A stretch of DNA of 15,336 bases from NCBI RefSeq assembly GCF_006345805.1, contig NW_021825516.1, positions 1 through 15,336 on the forward strand, written 5' to 3'. This document shows, piece by piece, positions 14,614-15,336 of the stretch. The DNA comes from Octopus sinensis (lineage: Eukaryota). The position numbers and the translations under genes were made by a program. The notes beneath the pieces were generated by a model that searched no databases, was not told the DNA's origin, and saw only the letters and a list, made by a program, of their open reading frames with translations. How positions within the stretch are numbered: position 1 is the first letter of the stretch; each line of letters starts with the position of its first letter.

Positions 14614-14810
14614 TTCTTTTATTCTTGCACTTGTTTCAGTCATTTCACTGTGGCCATACTGGAGCACTGCCTTTAGTCAAACAAATTGACCCCATGACCT
14701 ATTCTTTGTAAGCCTAGTACTTATTCTATTGGTGTCTTTTGCTGAACTTTTAAGTTACAGGGATGTAAACACACCAACATCGGTTGTCAAGCAATGTTAG
14801 TGGGACAAAA
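14614..14810 (-). mobile_element. 3' half of a SINE, same family as 1-54
   Basis: The minus strand ends AGTGCTCCAGTATGGCCACAGTGAAATGACTGAAACAAGTGCAAGAATAAAAGAA and runs into an (AT)n/(GT)n tail. Confidence 0.8.
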
Positions 14811-15121
14811 ATAAAGACACAATTACGTACCTATTTGATTTCTTAGCTTATATTTCTGTAAAATTGATTTAGAAATTTTGAATTTTCCATGCAAAATAAA
14901 ATCTAAAACTTTTTGTCATTAAATATAATTTACATTTTCTTTCTTTAGAATTCATCAAATATTTTTGAGATTGTTCAAAAAAATATGAACTTTCTCTTCT
15001 TGTAAAAGCATTTGAAATCCTGGACACATTTTTTATAGTTTATAAAATGGTTGGAGGAAATTAGCACAAACGTGAAGAGTGTGCGTATATATGTATGTAT
15101 ACAAGTGTGTATCTCTCTCTC

Positions 15122-15125
<4 letters not shown>

Positions 15126-15153
<28 letters not shown>
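15126..15153. repeat. (AT)n microsatellite
   Basis: Direct reading. Confidence 0.95.
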
Positions 15154-15156
<3 letters not shown>

Positions 15157-15302
15157 TTTCCATCATTTAATCATTAGTACTTACTGTTTAATTAAAATAT
15201 CAACTCCATTTCCTAATTTAGCTGATCCACAAATAGATTCGGTTAAAATATTTACCGGACTTAAAAAGAAATGCTGGTGCTAATACGATCAGTTAAATAC
15301 AT

Positions 15303-15336
15303 AAAGGCAATGCTCCAGCATGGCCCTGGTTCAATA
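15303..15336 (+). mobile_element. Short fragment of the same SINE 3' motif at the window edge
   Basis: AAAGGCAATGCTCCAGCATGGCC matches the reverse complement of 14651-14673 and positions 2-17. Confidence 0.5.

Overview
AT-rich, microsatellite-dense eukaryotic DNA. The SINE and LINE families look like those I recall from octopus genomes; this is recognition from memory, not a database result. The main content is one long minus-strand coding unit at 8938->3357. The ORF track splits it into three ORFs (357, 269 and 1039 aa). By hand I can join them through at least 7 small frameshifts, 6 of them within about 470 bp, with no nonsense codon on the joined path. The result is an apparently intronless protein of about 1,860 aa: a charged N-terminus with a 36-aa tandem duplication, a probable helical/coiled-coil stretch, and six tandem, highly diverged NHL/TolB-like beta-propeller modules. 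A strong splice acceptor lies 7 nt upstream of its ATG. At 730-960 there is a promoter-like cluster (E2F site, RFX X-box, GC box) followed by a splice donor, which may be the first exon of a plus-strand gene that hosts the large gene in an intron. The right half holds a 5'-truncated, dead RTE-clade LINE with a PHD-like finger inside its RT region, several copies of that LINE's 3' tail, and tRNA-derived SINEs, three of them head-to-tail. Most other ORFs in the track are microsatellite or antisense artefacts. I found no CRISPR array or rRNA.
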